Shown here: one piece after another, positions 18,593 to 28,203 of the stretch
Numbering within the stretch: position 1 is the first letter of the stretch
Layout of the letters: every line of letters begins with the position of its first letter
IMG/VR virus record: IMGVR_UViG_3300020045_019262
Coordinates: 1 to 32,905 of that record
Reading direction: 5' to 3' (one strand)
Length of the DNA stretch: 32,905 bases
Source: a virus
Lineage: Duplodnaviria; Caudoviricetes
Notes under the pieces: model-generated
Databases searched by the model: none
The model's input: the letters and a program-made list of their open reading frames with translations, nothing else
What the model was told of the DNA's origin: nothing
Made by a program: the position numbers and the translations under genes

Positions 18593-20075
18593 CCCTGCTG
18601 TAGACGCTAGGTTACTAAAATATGAGCAAATAAAGAAGCAACTTAGCTTACGAAAAGAGAGAAATAAATTACAAACATATTATCCTGAAGATGGGCCTTT
18701 TGGAAGACAGGCGTACTTCAAGCACATAAACTTTTTCAAAGCAAAGACAAGGGAAAAGGTTCTAATCGGTGGAAACAGGATTGGTAAAACATTCTGTGCT
18801 GCTTATGAGACAACAATGCACCTCACTGGCTTATATGAAGATTGGTGGAAAGAAGAAGATGGTTTCAAAAGATTTCATACAGCGACTGATGGTTGGGCTG
18901 CTGGGGACACTGTTGTCTCAACTCGTGATATTATTCAGGAGAAATTGGTTGGTAACATTGTCCACATAGGAAATAAGAAGTGGGTTGATGGTACAGGAAT
19001 GATACCTTATCACCTTATTGAACGCATCACTTGGAAGAGAGGTGCTGAAGATGCCATTGATAAAATATTTGTTCGCCATGTATCAGGTAAGCGTTCTGTA
19101 TTAGGATTTAGAGCCTACGAACAAGGGCGGAAGCAATTCCAAGGAACAACAAAACATTTTATTTGGTTTGATGAAGAACCAAAAGATTTACCAACATATA
19201 CAGAGGCTCTTCTCAGAACTGCAACAACTGGGGGGATAATTTATACAACATTCACACCTTTAAATGGTATATCTGAAATGATCCTGTCTTTCTTACCAGA
19301 TTGTGTGATAGTTGAAGGTGAAAATGAAGCTAAGACAAAAACTATTGTCTCAATGACATGGAATGAGACACCCCATTTGGATGAAGAAACTAAGAAAACA
19401 ATATTGTCAACATCGTCGGAATCCCAACGTGAATCAAGGATGAACGGTGTACCATCATTAGGAGCTGGACTTGTGTACCCAATAGACTTAGATAATGAAG
19501 TAATTATTGACCCATTCTTGCTTCCAGACCACTTTTACAGAGCTTACGGTATGGATGTGGGTTGGAGATGTACAGCTGCCTTGTGGGGTGCTTATGACAG
19601 AGACGCTCATATCCTGTATATCTACTCCGAGCATTATAAAGGTGAACAAACTCCTCATGAACATTCGTACGCTATTAAACAAAGAGGGGAATGGATACCT
19701 GGAGTTATTGATCCTGCATCAAAGCAAAGTGGACAGAGAGATGGTAAGAAATTGTTTGAAGATTACAAAGGTCATGGATTAAAACTGAGCATAGCAGAGA
19801 ATGCTGTTGAGGCAGGTGTCATGACAGTTCTTGAAATGTTCCAACAAGGACGGATTAAAATATTCTCATCGTGCCATAATTTGATTAAAGAGTTGAGAAA
19901 TTATCGACGCAAAGAAGATCAATCTATCGCTAAGGTTAATGACCATCTTGCAGATTGCTTGAAATATCTCTGCGTATCAGGTATTAAAGTTGCAAAACAA
20001 CCAATGGTCAAAGAGTTTGTAAAACCTAGAACAACAATGGATATTGGTAAGAAAATGAGGAACAGGTATAAATAA
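18579..20075 (+). CDS. terL: Terminase large subunit
   Basis: Walker A GGNRIGKT, Walker B FIWFDEEP, TFTPLNG coupling motif, nuclease motifs GMDVG and DHLADCLKY. Confidence 0.95.
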   Translation: MINCSPAVDARLLKYEQIKKQLSLRKERNKLQTYYPEDGPFGRQAYFKHINFFKAKTREKVLIGGNRIGKTFCAAYETTMHLTGLYEDWWKEEDGFKRFHTATDGWAAGDTVVSTRDIIQEKLVGNIVHIGNKKWVDGTGMIPYHLIERITWKRGAEDAIDKIFVRHVSGKRSVLGFRAYEQGRKQFQGTTKHFIWFDEEPKDLPTYTEALLRTATTGGIIYTTFTPLNGISEMILSFLPDCVIVEGENEAKTKTIVSMTWNETPHLDEETKKTILSTSSESQRESRMNGVPSLGAGLVYPIDLDNEVIIDPFLLPDHFYRAYGMDVGWRCTAALWGAYDRDAHILYIYSEHYKGEQTPHEHSYAIKQRGEWIPGVIDPASKQSGQRDGKKLFEDYKGHGLKLSIAENAVEAGVMTVLEMFQQGRIKIFSSCHNLIKELRNYRRKEDQSIAKVNDHLADCLKYLCVSGIKVAKQPMVKEFVKPRTTMDIGKKMRNRYK

Positions 20076-20105
20076 TACGTCGATGCAAATTTGCACCGAC
20101 GTATT
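20074..20105. terminator. Palindrome between convergent terL and tail tubular B genes
   Basis: AATACGTCGATGCAAATTTGCACCGACGTATT. Confidence 0.6.
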
Positions 20106-20113
20106 TGTAGTTG

Positions 20114-23100
20114 TTATCCCTCAATCATAGGACTTATTTCCACACCTAGAATTGAACAAGGATATGGGTATTTCTGTCTGAGGTAAACTCGCCCTGTATT
20201 GTCAGAACTTGTTCTCACTTTGTAGTCCAAAATACCTGTTTTAAGGTTGATCTTGTCGGTGGCATAGATCGAGCCATCTGCAACAGAGCTGTAATTTACT
20301 CCGTCAGCTGAAACTTCTAGACCTGCCGTATTATTTACGACAACTTGAACCTCATTGATGCTCTTTCTCTTACTCATCACTCCACCTGTAGTTGAATCAA
20401 TAGGTAATGTTGTAACCTCAGATACATACGGAAGACCAACATAAATATTAACCCCTCCTGGACTCAAAGGTATCATACCTTGTCTGACTTGTTTAACTCC
20501 TTGATAACTCCCATCGACGACAACACACACATAACATCCCTCAAGGTGGTTCAATCCTCGCATCAATGACAGAGTAGCAGGTAAACTTTCAGAGTCCTCA
20601 CCCTGTCTTTTTACACCACAATCCATGAAGAACATCTTAGAGACATCTTGTTGCCCATTAGTTTCCAATGTTCGTGGCTCAAGTCGTTCAATAAATTTAC
20701 GATAAACGTCACCATAGGCAGTAACAATACGTCTACGAGTCATAGCATATAATGTGTCAACTCCATTCTCAGGAACAGACCAGATAGAGATATACTCATC
20801 GACACCACTGTTACCAGGAGATTCCCATACTGTCCATGCTGCAATATTTGCTTTCAAATTGTATGTTAAACAGAGTAACTTACCGTCATCTCTAAGTGCA
20901 ACAACAAGTTTGTCAGGAGTATATAAGGAACACCACTGTTTAATTCTGTATCCGAGGAATAAATGTTCCGACTTTATTACCAAAGTTGTTGTGCTGAACA
21001 CATCTTTAGTCAAATCATAGGCCAACGAGAACACATCAGAATGATCTTTTTGCAGGTAAATTACATCAGAATTTATTTTCAAAGGTGCAATATCGCTTGA
21101 CCCTTCACTTCCTTGTGGCTTAATGTCGAGATTCTTTGCACTCAAACCCTCGCCCTGTTGACCCTCAATCTTAAAACAGCCATTGGAAGTTAAAATCATG
21201 AGTGAACTCATTGGTACAAGGTGTTTAATTTGTTGAACCTTTGTGTCCGCAATGTTGTAAGTTATTGAATCTGTTGCTACAGTTGGGTCAGATTTATCCA
21301 TATTGTTATATGAACCTAATCTTGTAAACCAAAGTCCGTTAGGGAACTCTTTACTGCCTGCAAATACCTTTCTTTGTTGGAAGTATGTACAAGTAGCTGG
21401 ACTGTTTTTTGGGTTCTTTCTTTTTACATTACCGTACCAAGATCTAACAGAGCCAGCAGATGTGTAGGTCGACCAGTCAGTTGAGTTTACAAATTCCTTG
21501 AGATAAAGATTTTTGAGAACAATTTGAGTAGTAGAAGGAACTCTACCTACCCTAAATACTCTAGAATTAATCTCTGTCATCCCTAAAACACCAGTAACAT
21601 AGACATAGTCACCAATTACAAAGTCATGAGGTGAGCTAAATGTGATCGTGCATTTGGTTGACTTAGTGATCCCACTTATTGGAACTCTATATTTTCCATA
21701 ATTTGTTGTGTCTAAAGTTGTATCATCAGACAACTTTTTAATTCTAAAGGTTGTACCAAGGACGTAAGTCACATATCCCTTATAATTATTGAGTTCTGTA
21801 ATTCCAGCAAGATCTGCAAACTCAACTACATCTCCAACTTTGAACCCATGATTGACGTTAGTTGTGAACAAGGGATCGTATTCTTGAGTAATGTTTGTAA
21901 TATCTCGTTCAATAATTGGCTCAAGGAATGGGTTGTACGCAGTTGGAGGTGTCTTTGATTTATCAGGAAGCCGATTTGCGTCCACAAAGAGGTTCGTGTA
22001 TGTCTCACCGATATAATAAAACTTTTCACCAACTGCATTCTGTCCGTTTTGAACCTCTTCTTGTCGGTAAACATTATATTTAAATGCACCAGCAGAAGGA
22101 AACCATGACACATTTACTTTCGGAGAAGGCGTACCTTGGTCTTTTTGTTCAGACATACTCTTGCACGCAACAAGAACTGCACTGGTAGGTCGAGATTCTG
22201 TGCCATCTTCTTTAACTGCTGTTATTCTATATCTGTATAACGTGTCACCAACAAATTCTCCCCCACCAGTATATGTTCCGAAATCTGAAGTATTTACTCC
22301 TTCACCATCGGTATTATTTAACACATAAGTTTGAGAATCATAATTTGAATTATAGTCTAAAACATATACTTTATCTTTGACCTCATCCATGCCAATTTCA
22401 CCCCTAATGAAACCGACAGAACCCTTTCTGAACTTTGTTTGAGGATTTAAAGGAGATCCCTCTTTTGCAAACGAAATCTGACCTGGATTGTCGTTAGTTA
22501 AACCATCAATAGTTGCAGAAACATAATGAGTGGCATCAACATACACTCTTTCTGGTGGTAAAATATCTGGTTCAAAATTGAGTTCCTCTAATTTCCAAAC
22601 ATTATGGTCTTGTCGGATTAAATTGTAAGGAACATAGTCAGGATGGGTAATTGTAATTGTGTCACCTGATTGCACATATTTCAAATCATTGAGGTCTGCC
22701 CCCTCCCAAGGAGTAGACTTTGAGTATAATTCAATGAAACGACCTGTGTTTGGATTGTGATAAAAGCCTGTAAAATCAACATAATTGCCATCAATATCTT
22801 TTAATTTGAAAGTAGTGGCAGTCTTGTCGGAGGCTACAAAGATCGTCCCATTAAAATCATCAAAAGCTGTGGTCAAATTTCCACCAATTTTTAAATTACT
22901 TCTAACTGCACCTGTTTCAAATCCTCCATCTGTAACTACATAATGAACTCTAATGTAAGTAAGGATGGACTCTTTGTTCAAAGTTGCTGAGAATCTAGGT
23001 GTGCTTGTACTAACACCTAGTCCTGCTACTTTTTTAGGATCAGACGAGTAAATGACAGTATATGTGTTGAACAAGGGATCATCGGATGTTTGAACTTCTA

Positions 23101-23689
23101 CTGCAATGCTACCATCTCCTGTGAAGGCAACTGTTGCGTACGTTTCAAATGTCAATGCGTCAACTTGGTTATACTTATAGGTGAACATATTTAAAAATAG
23201 TTGTGAATTAAAACTACTGCTAGTAACACTTTGATTTGCTGTGTCTAAATTGAACCTCTTAGATGAACCCACAAGGATAACATGATCTCCATTGGCAAAC
23301 GAATGAGGTGTGGAAGTTGTTACGACTGGTGTTTCACCTGAAGTTATAGATGCAGCTCTGTATTCTGTGTCATTCAAAACCAATCCATTATTTCTAACAA
23401 CTTGCATTTTACGATGTGTGAGAATTATTGAATAGGTGTCGTTGTCATTGAACTCAAAAGGTATACCCCTTACGTTCTCATCTTCTATGTTGTGGATCGG
23501 GAAACCAATAAAAGTTGTACCATTTCTGTTAATCAAACTTCCTTGTGATTTGACAAACATATTTCTAATCTTTTCTGCACCTGTTTGGAAAGCAGACACA
23601 TCTGATCTACCATACAAAGATGGCGATACTTCTCCTCCGATAAACTGTGACTTGTACACAGTGCTTGGTGTTTGATATTTACCTGCCAT
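20114..23689 (-). CDS. Tail tubular protein B / nozzle (T7 gp12-like) with inserted FCCH-like domains and a Bbp16-like domain
   Basis: F.GGEVSPSLYGRSD...NMFV..QG.L.NR.GT start; YVQSGD; P..CTYFQQR.VFAG; GLNHLEG; VGLPY; Q.YP.P.SIL end; RBS GGAG. Confidence 0.92.
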   Translation of the reverse strand: MAGKYQTPSTVYKSQFIGGEVSPSLYGRSDVSAFQTGAEKIRNMFVKSQGSLINRNGTTFIGFPIHNIEDENVRGIPFEFNDNDTYSIILTHRKMQVVRNNGLVLNDTEYRAASITSGETPVVTTSTPHSFANGDHVILVGSSKRFNLDTANQSVTSSSFNSQLFLNMFTYKYNQVDALTFETYATVAFTGDGSIAVEVQTSDDPLFNTYTVIYSSDPKKVAGLGVSTSTPRFSATLNKESILTYIRVHYVVTDGGFETGAVRSNLKIGGNLTTAFDDFNGTIFVASDKTATTFKLKDIDGNYVDFTGFYHNPNTGRFIELYSKSTPWEGADLNDLKYVQSGDTITITHPDYVPYNLIRQDHNVWKLEELNFEPDILPPERVYVDATHYVSATIDGLTNDNPGQISFAKEGSPLNPQTKFRKGSVGFIRGEIGMDEVKDKVYVLDYNSNYDSQTYVLNNTDGEGVNTSDFGTYTGGGEFVGDTLYRYRITAVKEDGTESRPTSAVLVACKSMSEQKDQGTPSPKVNVSWFPSAGAFKYNVYRQEEVQNGQNAVGEKFYYIGETYTNLFVDANRLPDKSKTPPTAYNPFLEPIIERDITNITQEYDPLFTTNVNHGFKVGDVVEFADLAGITELNNYKGYVTYVLGTTFRIKKLSDDTTLDTTNYGKYRVPISGITKSTKCTITFSSPHDFVIGDYVYVTGVLGMTEINSRVFRVGRVPSTTQIVLKNLYLKEFVNSTDWSTYTSAGSVRSWYGNVKRKNPKNSPATCTYFQQRKVFAGSKEFPNGLWFTRLGSYNNMDKSDPTVATDSITYNIADTKVQQIKHLVPMSSLMILTSNGCFKIEGQQGEGLSAKNLDIKPQGSEGSSDIAPLKINSDVIYLQKDHSDVFSLAYDLTKDVFSTTTLVIKSEHLFLGYRIKQWCSLYTPDKLVVALRDDGKLLCLTYNLKANIAAWTVWESPGNSGVDEYISIWSVPENGVDTLYAMTRRRIVTAYGDVYRKFIERLEPRTLETNGQQDVSKMFFMDCGVKRQGEDSESLPATLSLMRGLNHLEGCYVCVVVDGSYQGVKQVRQGMIPLSPGGVNIYVGLPYVSEVTTLPIDSTTGGVMSKRKSINEVQVVVNNTAGLEVSADGVNYSSVADGSIYATDKINLKTGILDYKVRTSSDNTGRVYLRQKYPYPCSILGVEISPMIEG

Positions 23690-23691
23690 TT

Positions 23692-24405
23692 TTATCTCCA
23701 TCTCTTAGCGTTTATAAAATCTGAATTCAACCTGTTCACCAAAGGTTTTAAATCTCTTGTAGCTTTTGTATCGTATTTTTTCTTCAACTGAGTAACCATT
23801 GCCATACTTTGTTTCATTAACAATTCAGACTTTTGTAGGTTATTGAGGACACCCATCGTACTCTTAGAGGCCAATAACAGAGCTACAACGCCTATAAATT
23901 CCTCTGTGAATAGACTTGCGTCTTGAATGTCAGCATTATAAATCAATACAGCTTTGTCTTTATTCGTAGAAATGACTCGTGTTGTATTACCTAAATAGTC
24001 GTACTCAATTCCCTCTGACATAGGAACAAAAGCATCACTAACATTTCTGAATTCGTCTGTATTATCTGAACCTGTCAACTCAATTCCAGTATCATCGGGT
24101 CTAATCAGAATAGCTTTAACGCAATCATGTGGGTAAATGTATGAATATTTCCAACCATAGACAGGAAGCTGTTGGTCTCCTAGAGGATTATATTCCGAAC
24201 CACTATATGAACCAAATAGTGTCAAAGGTAGAGTTCTCTTTGAGAAATCCCAGTTGATATTTTTTAGAATTTCTTTCCTTGTTTGATCATAAAATAAATC
24301 TAATGTGTTGATTACAATATCTGATTTATTATCTAAAGTCTGTAAGTAAGCATTGTGACCCATAAGACCTAGTGCTTGATTGTAAATACTTAATTTACTC
24401 ATCAT
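23692..24405 (-). CDS. Tail tubular protein A / adaptor (T7 gp11-like)
   Basis: I.NQAL.LMG...FYD..R..IL...W.FS...W.Y.Y.YP.DC...F...F...VAL.LA; directly upstream of tubular B. Confidence 0.88.
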   Translation of the reverse strand: MMSKLSIYNQALGLMGHNAYLQTLDNKSDIVINTLDLFYDQTRKEILKNINWDFSKRTLPLTLFGSYSGSEYNPLGDQQLPVYGWKYSYIYPHDCVKAILIRPDDTGIELTGSDNTDEFRNVSDAFVPMSEGIEYDYLGNTTRVISTNKDKAVLIYNADIQDASLFTEEFIGVVALLLASKSTMGVLNNLQKSELLMKQSMAMVTQLKKKYDTKATRDLKPLVNRLNSDFINAKRWR

Positions 24406-24486
24406 AATCTCCTAATTTATATCCAACAGTCTACCATATTTCTAAACTATATGCTATAGTGTACACAATATTTAAGGATCAAAGAT

Positions 24487-24783
24487 ATGTTATTACAAGA
24501 AATGTTAGACTCAATTCACCAATTTGCGGACACTTGGCGTTCACAAGGCGTAACAACTGCTGAACTCGCTAATTTCCTGTATGTTCCCATTGAAGTTCTA
24601 CAGGAGTCCGATTGTCGTAAACTAGATGGCGACGAGATAAACCAAGTTTACCGATATGTTAGGTTCATTGACAACTATGAGGGTAAACTTTTCGGCATGG
24701 AGTTTCTAAATAAACAGAACCAGCTTAAACTTTATTCTCAATTAAAACGACATTTTAGAAAAGGTATCAATAGTAACGACTAA
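24487..24783 (+). CDS. Hypothetical protein, possible HTH
   Basis: GVTTAELANFLYVPIEVLQE resembles an XRE-type HTH; TGCTATAGT extended -10 upstream. Confidence 0.55.
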   Translation: MLLQEMLDSIHQFADTWRSQGVTTAELANFLYVPIEVLQESDCRKLDGDEINQVYRYVRFIDNYEGKLFGMEFLNKQNQLKLYSQLKRHFRKGINSND

Positions 24784-24848
24784 AAATTGACTAAGTAGTG
24801 GTAATATGATACTCTAAGTGAAGCAAAATAGGATATAGGAGTCTACAA

Positions 24849-25358
24849 ATGGCTATTGTCGCAACAGATATTAAAATGTATTTATCAGGTGGTTCATCTA
24901 ACTCTACACCTGGAGCTTCTCTTGGTGGAGCAGCAAGTACAACAACTCAAACAGGGTCTAGTATTAACGATTTGTGGGATGATATTTCCGCAGCAGAAAC
25001 CTTAGCAGGTGACACAGAATATCGCTGTATTTATGTTAAGAATACTCACGGCTCTTTAACGCTGACTGGTTCAATTATATGGATTGAAACTCAAACTCCC
25101 AGCACGGATACCTCTGTTGAAATCTCTCTGGGTACTTCTTCTATTAATGGTACAGAGCAAACTGTTGCCAACGAAAGCACTGCACCTACAGGAACAACTT
25201 TTACTGCTTTAACTGGTTCAGGTAATGCTCTTACAATCGGAGACTTAGCCGCAGGAGCTACAAAGGCAATTTGGATTAAACGAATTGTTACTTCCGCTGG
25301 TTCTGCTTACAATGCAGATTCGTATGTTCTCAAAGTTCGTGGTGAAACAGCAGCTTAA
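24849..25358 (+). CDS. Putative virion structural protein
   Basis: Gly/Ser/Thr-rich beta protein with SLGG, LWDDIS..E..AGD.EYRCIYVKN; RBS AGGAG; degenerate palindrome TGGTAATATGATACTC at 24799-24814. Confidence 0.65.
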   Translation: MAIVATDIKMYLSGGSSNSTPGASLGGAASTTTQTGSSINDLWDDISAAETLAGDTEYRCIYVKNTHGSLTLTGSIIWIETQTPSTDTSVEISLGTSSINGTEQTVANESTAPTGTTFTALTGSGNALTIGDLAAGATKAIWIKRIVTSAGSAYNADSYVLKVRGETAA

Positions 25359-25379
25359 CTCTAAAAAGGTAATCTTCCT

Positions 25380-28046
25380 ATGGCAGATACAGGTTTTAAG
25401 ACATCAGGGACGATTACCTCTACAGGTGCAGGAACTTTCTCTGGTTTAGATGTTTGGGCAGATTATGCCAATGCAGCCACAGTCAATAGTCTTGTGGCTT
25501 TTCATGGCGTTTCTGCACCTTATGTTGATCCTGCATATCCTTTCCAACGCATTTCGGAAACTTTACAGCTCAGAAACTTTACCGCTAGTGTACCATCAGG
25601 TGCGACAATTAATGGTATACAAGTTGCCATACAGAGATATAAACAAGATGATTTCGGTAATGGTGCAGCTCTGTATGACTACAGGGTTCAACTTGTAAAG
25701 GGTGGAACTGCATCTGGGGATAACAAAGCTAACACTGGTACTGATTGGACAACAAGTACATCTGAAGTTCTGTATGGTGGTTCAACTGACCTGTGGGGAC
25801 TTAGTCTCACTCAATCTGATGTTAATGGTTCAACTTTCGGGGTAGATGTTCAGGTAAGAGATAATGCTGGTTCTGACTTCTTCACCAATGTTACAACAGC
25901 AGCTATTGATGCTGTTAGAATTAAAGTTTACTACACTGAGAGCGGTGGTGGTACAACAACTGTAGAACAATCTAAAACTTTTAGTTACAACAAGCGTGCC
26001 TATGCCGAACAAAGCAAAACTAAGAGTTATAATAAACGTGCTTATGTTGAGCAATCTAAAACTAAAAGTTACAATAAGCGTGCTTTTATAGAACAATCTA
26101 AAACATTTAGTTATAATAAAAGCACCTATGCTGAACAAAGTAAAACCTTTAGTTACAATGCTTCTGGGCTAATTTCCTCTGAGAGTTCTTTCAGTTATAA
26201 TAAACGTAGCTTTGTTGAACAAGACAAAACATTTAGTTACAATAAGAGATTATTTGCGGAACAATCTTCTACTTTCAGCTACGATGTCTCAGCTTTTGTC
26301 GAACAAGCAAAGACTTTTAGTTACAGTATGTCGGGCCAAGTCACCGCTGAGATTACTTTTAGCTACGATATTTCAGCCTTTGTAGACCAGAGTAAAACAT
26401 TCAGCTACAATGCTCGAAATTATGCTGAACAATCACTCACAAATAGTTGGAATAGCAAATCGTATGCTGAGCAAAATAAGACATTCTCTTGGTCTTCTAC
26501 GAGCTATATTGAGCAAAACAGAACTCATAGCTACAATAAACGCACTTATGCAGAACAGAGTAATACATTTAGTTACGATAAATTAGAATCGAGTCTCACT
26601 CAAGTTGAACAAACGTACACTTTTAGTTATGATAAATCTCTCTTTGTTGAAAACTCAGGAACTTATAGTTTCAATAAGCGTGCATTTGTAGAACAACAGA
26701 AGACTTTTAATTACGATAAGCGTACTTTTGTTGAGCAATCTAAAACTCAAAGTTACAATAAGCGTGCTTTTACAGAACAACAGAAGACTTTCTCATACAA
26801 TGTTCTCGCTAATGGTTCTGTAACGGCTACCTTCTCTCACTCCTACAACATTTCTAATTATGTTTTTGCTGATTTGAGCAATAGTTGGAATATTATTCAA
26901 GTCAGTTATCAGAAAAGAGAGTTCCCATATATGACTAAAACAATTTTACTTTCACCAAAGGAGATGCTTGCTTTACGGAATAATGTCACAGCATGGTTAC
27001 CTTTGAAGATCCTTGTGGATTCAGAACTTGATTACGAACCTGAACCCCTTGTTGATTACAGAACTGTATCTGCTTACAATAATGCAGGTCATACCGCAAA
27101 TGAGATTTCTGCTAGACTTTATGAGTCAGGAGCTAGGGCTTATCGTGCAGCACTTTGTTATCAAATGACAGGGGATGTTCTGTACGCCAACAAGGCCAAG
27201 GAGATTATCGAGGCGTGGTACAGAACTCTAAGAAGGATTGAAGGGTTTTCTGCACAGGGAACAGTTGGTTTCCACTTGCCGTACTACATTGTGGCCGCAG
27301 ATTGGATCAGAAACGTAAAAGGTTGGGACGGTAATGACTTTGCTGACTTCTTGAGACGCAAGGTTCTCCCACAAACTCGGCACTATTATAAAAACAATGT
27401 GGCCACTTGGTGGTCAGCTTTGGAGGCGTGTATCTACGCTTATTTGGATGACTATGATGGACTCCTTCAGACAAAATCTAGGGTTATAGATCAGATAAAT
27501 GAGCAAATGTGTATCTACTCTGGACAAGGAGGATGCTTGCTAACCTTCGGAAATCTATCATTGGAGCAAAAATTTTATACATTCCCAGAGGAGACAACTA
27601 GAAGTGGAACGTCCAACTATAATGCTGGACCTGATATAGGTAAAAGAGGACTCAGTTATTCCCACTTTTTAATGCGTTCTTTGACCATCTGTTTCGAGAT
27701 TTTGCTCAAAGAGGGGGTCAATATGTACATCACAGATGAGGGCTTGGCGGTTCAAAAGTTCTTCAATAAATTGGTTGGTTGGGTCAAAACGCCTTCAACT
27801 TTTATCTTCTATGATAACAATCTTGACGGAGAAGGTAACAGCTTATTGGACAATGTGCGTCAATGTGGATACTTTGCCACCCTAGCACGTCGCTATGAAG
27901 GTGATACGACAGAGAATGCTACCGCTATCACAGATGCTAAAGCAATCATTAATGCAGGAATTTTAGGAGATGCTTGGCAATTTGATCTCCTGTATCAATA
28001 CAAATGGAATCCACCACAAGACGTTATCGAAGAAACGGAGAATTAA
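25380..28046 (+). CDS. Virion appendage: N-terminal beta-sandwich, 14-aa repeat stalk, C-terminal alginate-lyase-like alpha/alpha domain
   Basis: C-terminal AYRAALCYQMTGD..YA.KA.EII.AW, NNVATWW, EETTR and GLSYSHF follow the alginate-lyase pattern. Confidence 0.7.
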   Translation: MADTGFKTSGTITSTGAGTFSGLDVWADYANAATVNSLVAFHGVSAPYVDPAYPFQRISETLQLRNFTASVPSGATINGIQVAIQRYKQDDFGNGAALYDYRVQLVKGGTASGDNKANTGTDWTTSTSEVLYGGSTDLWGLSLTQSDVNGSTFGVDVQVRDNAGSDFFTNVTTAAIDAVRIKVYYTESGGGTTTVEQSKTFSYNKRAYAEQSKTKSYNKRAYVEQSKTKSYNKRAFIEQSKTFSYNKSTYAEQSKTFSYNASGLISSESSFSYNKRSFVEQDKTFSYNKRLFAEQSSTFSYDVSAFVEQAKTFSYSMSGQVTAEITFSYDISAFVDQSKTFSYNARNYAEQSLTNSWNSKSYAEQNKTFSWSSTSYIEQNRTHSYNKRTYAEQSNTFSYDKLESSLTQVEQTYTFSYDKSLFVENSGTYSFNKRAFVEQQKTFNYDKRTFVEQSKTQSYNKRAFTEQQKTFSYNVLANGSVTATFSHSYNISNYVFADLSNSWNIIQVSYQKREFPYMTKTILLSPKEMLALRNNVTAWLPLKILVDSELDYEPEPLVDYRTVSAYNNAGHTANEISARLYESGARAYRAALCYQMTGDVLYANKAKEIIEAWYRTLRRIEGFSAQGTVGFHLPYYIVAADWIRNVKGWDGNDFADFLRRKVLPQTRHYYKNNVATWWSALEACIYAYLDDYDGLLQTKSRVIDQINEQMCIYSGQGGCLLTFGNLSLEQKFYTFPEETTRSGTSNYNAGPDIGKRGLSYSHFLMRSLTICFEILLKEGVNMYITDEGLAVQKFFNKLVGWVKTPSTFIFYDNNLDGEGNSLLDNVRQCGYFATLARRYEGDTTENATAITDAKAIINAGILGDAWQFDLLYQYKWNPPQDVIEETEN
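25962..26910 (+). repeat. Coding tandem repeat, 42-bp/14-aa period (VEQSKTFSYNKRAY), about 22 copies
   Basis: Counted from the translation. Confidence 0.92.
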
Positions 28047-28047
28047 A

Positions 28048-28203
28048 ATGAATTACAAAAACCTCATGCAGTCCATCGTTGAGACCTATTACACTTCAGT
28101 TGTAAAAAATCCCGAGAAATTAGCTCTCCTGAAGCTCGAAAAGAAAGGGATATGGAAAGATGATGGTTCTGTGGAATTAGAGCCTGAGAAGGATAAGAAA
28201 TAG
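28048..28203 (+). CDS. Small hypothetical protein
   Basis: RBS GGAG; ATG immediately after the upstream stop. Confidence 0.55.
   Translation: MNYKNLMQSIVETYYTSVVKNPEKLALLKLEKKGIWKDDGSVELEPEKDKK

Noticed and set aside
1037-26138. Short antisense or nested ORFs in the track (e.g. 1037, 4520, 5487, 6162, 6747, 8405, 11300, 14443, 15228, 20754, 23436, 25830)
   Set aside because: Shadows of long, well-supported genes, with no recognisable motifs.
25962-26910. 42-bp periodic repeat as a CRISPR array
   Set aside because: In-frame coding repeat with synonymous variation; no unique spacers or cas genes.
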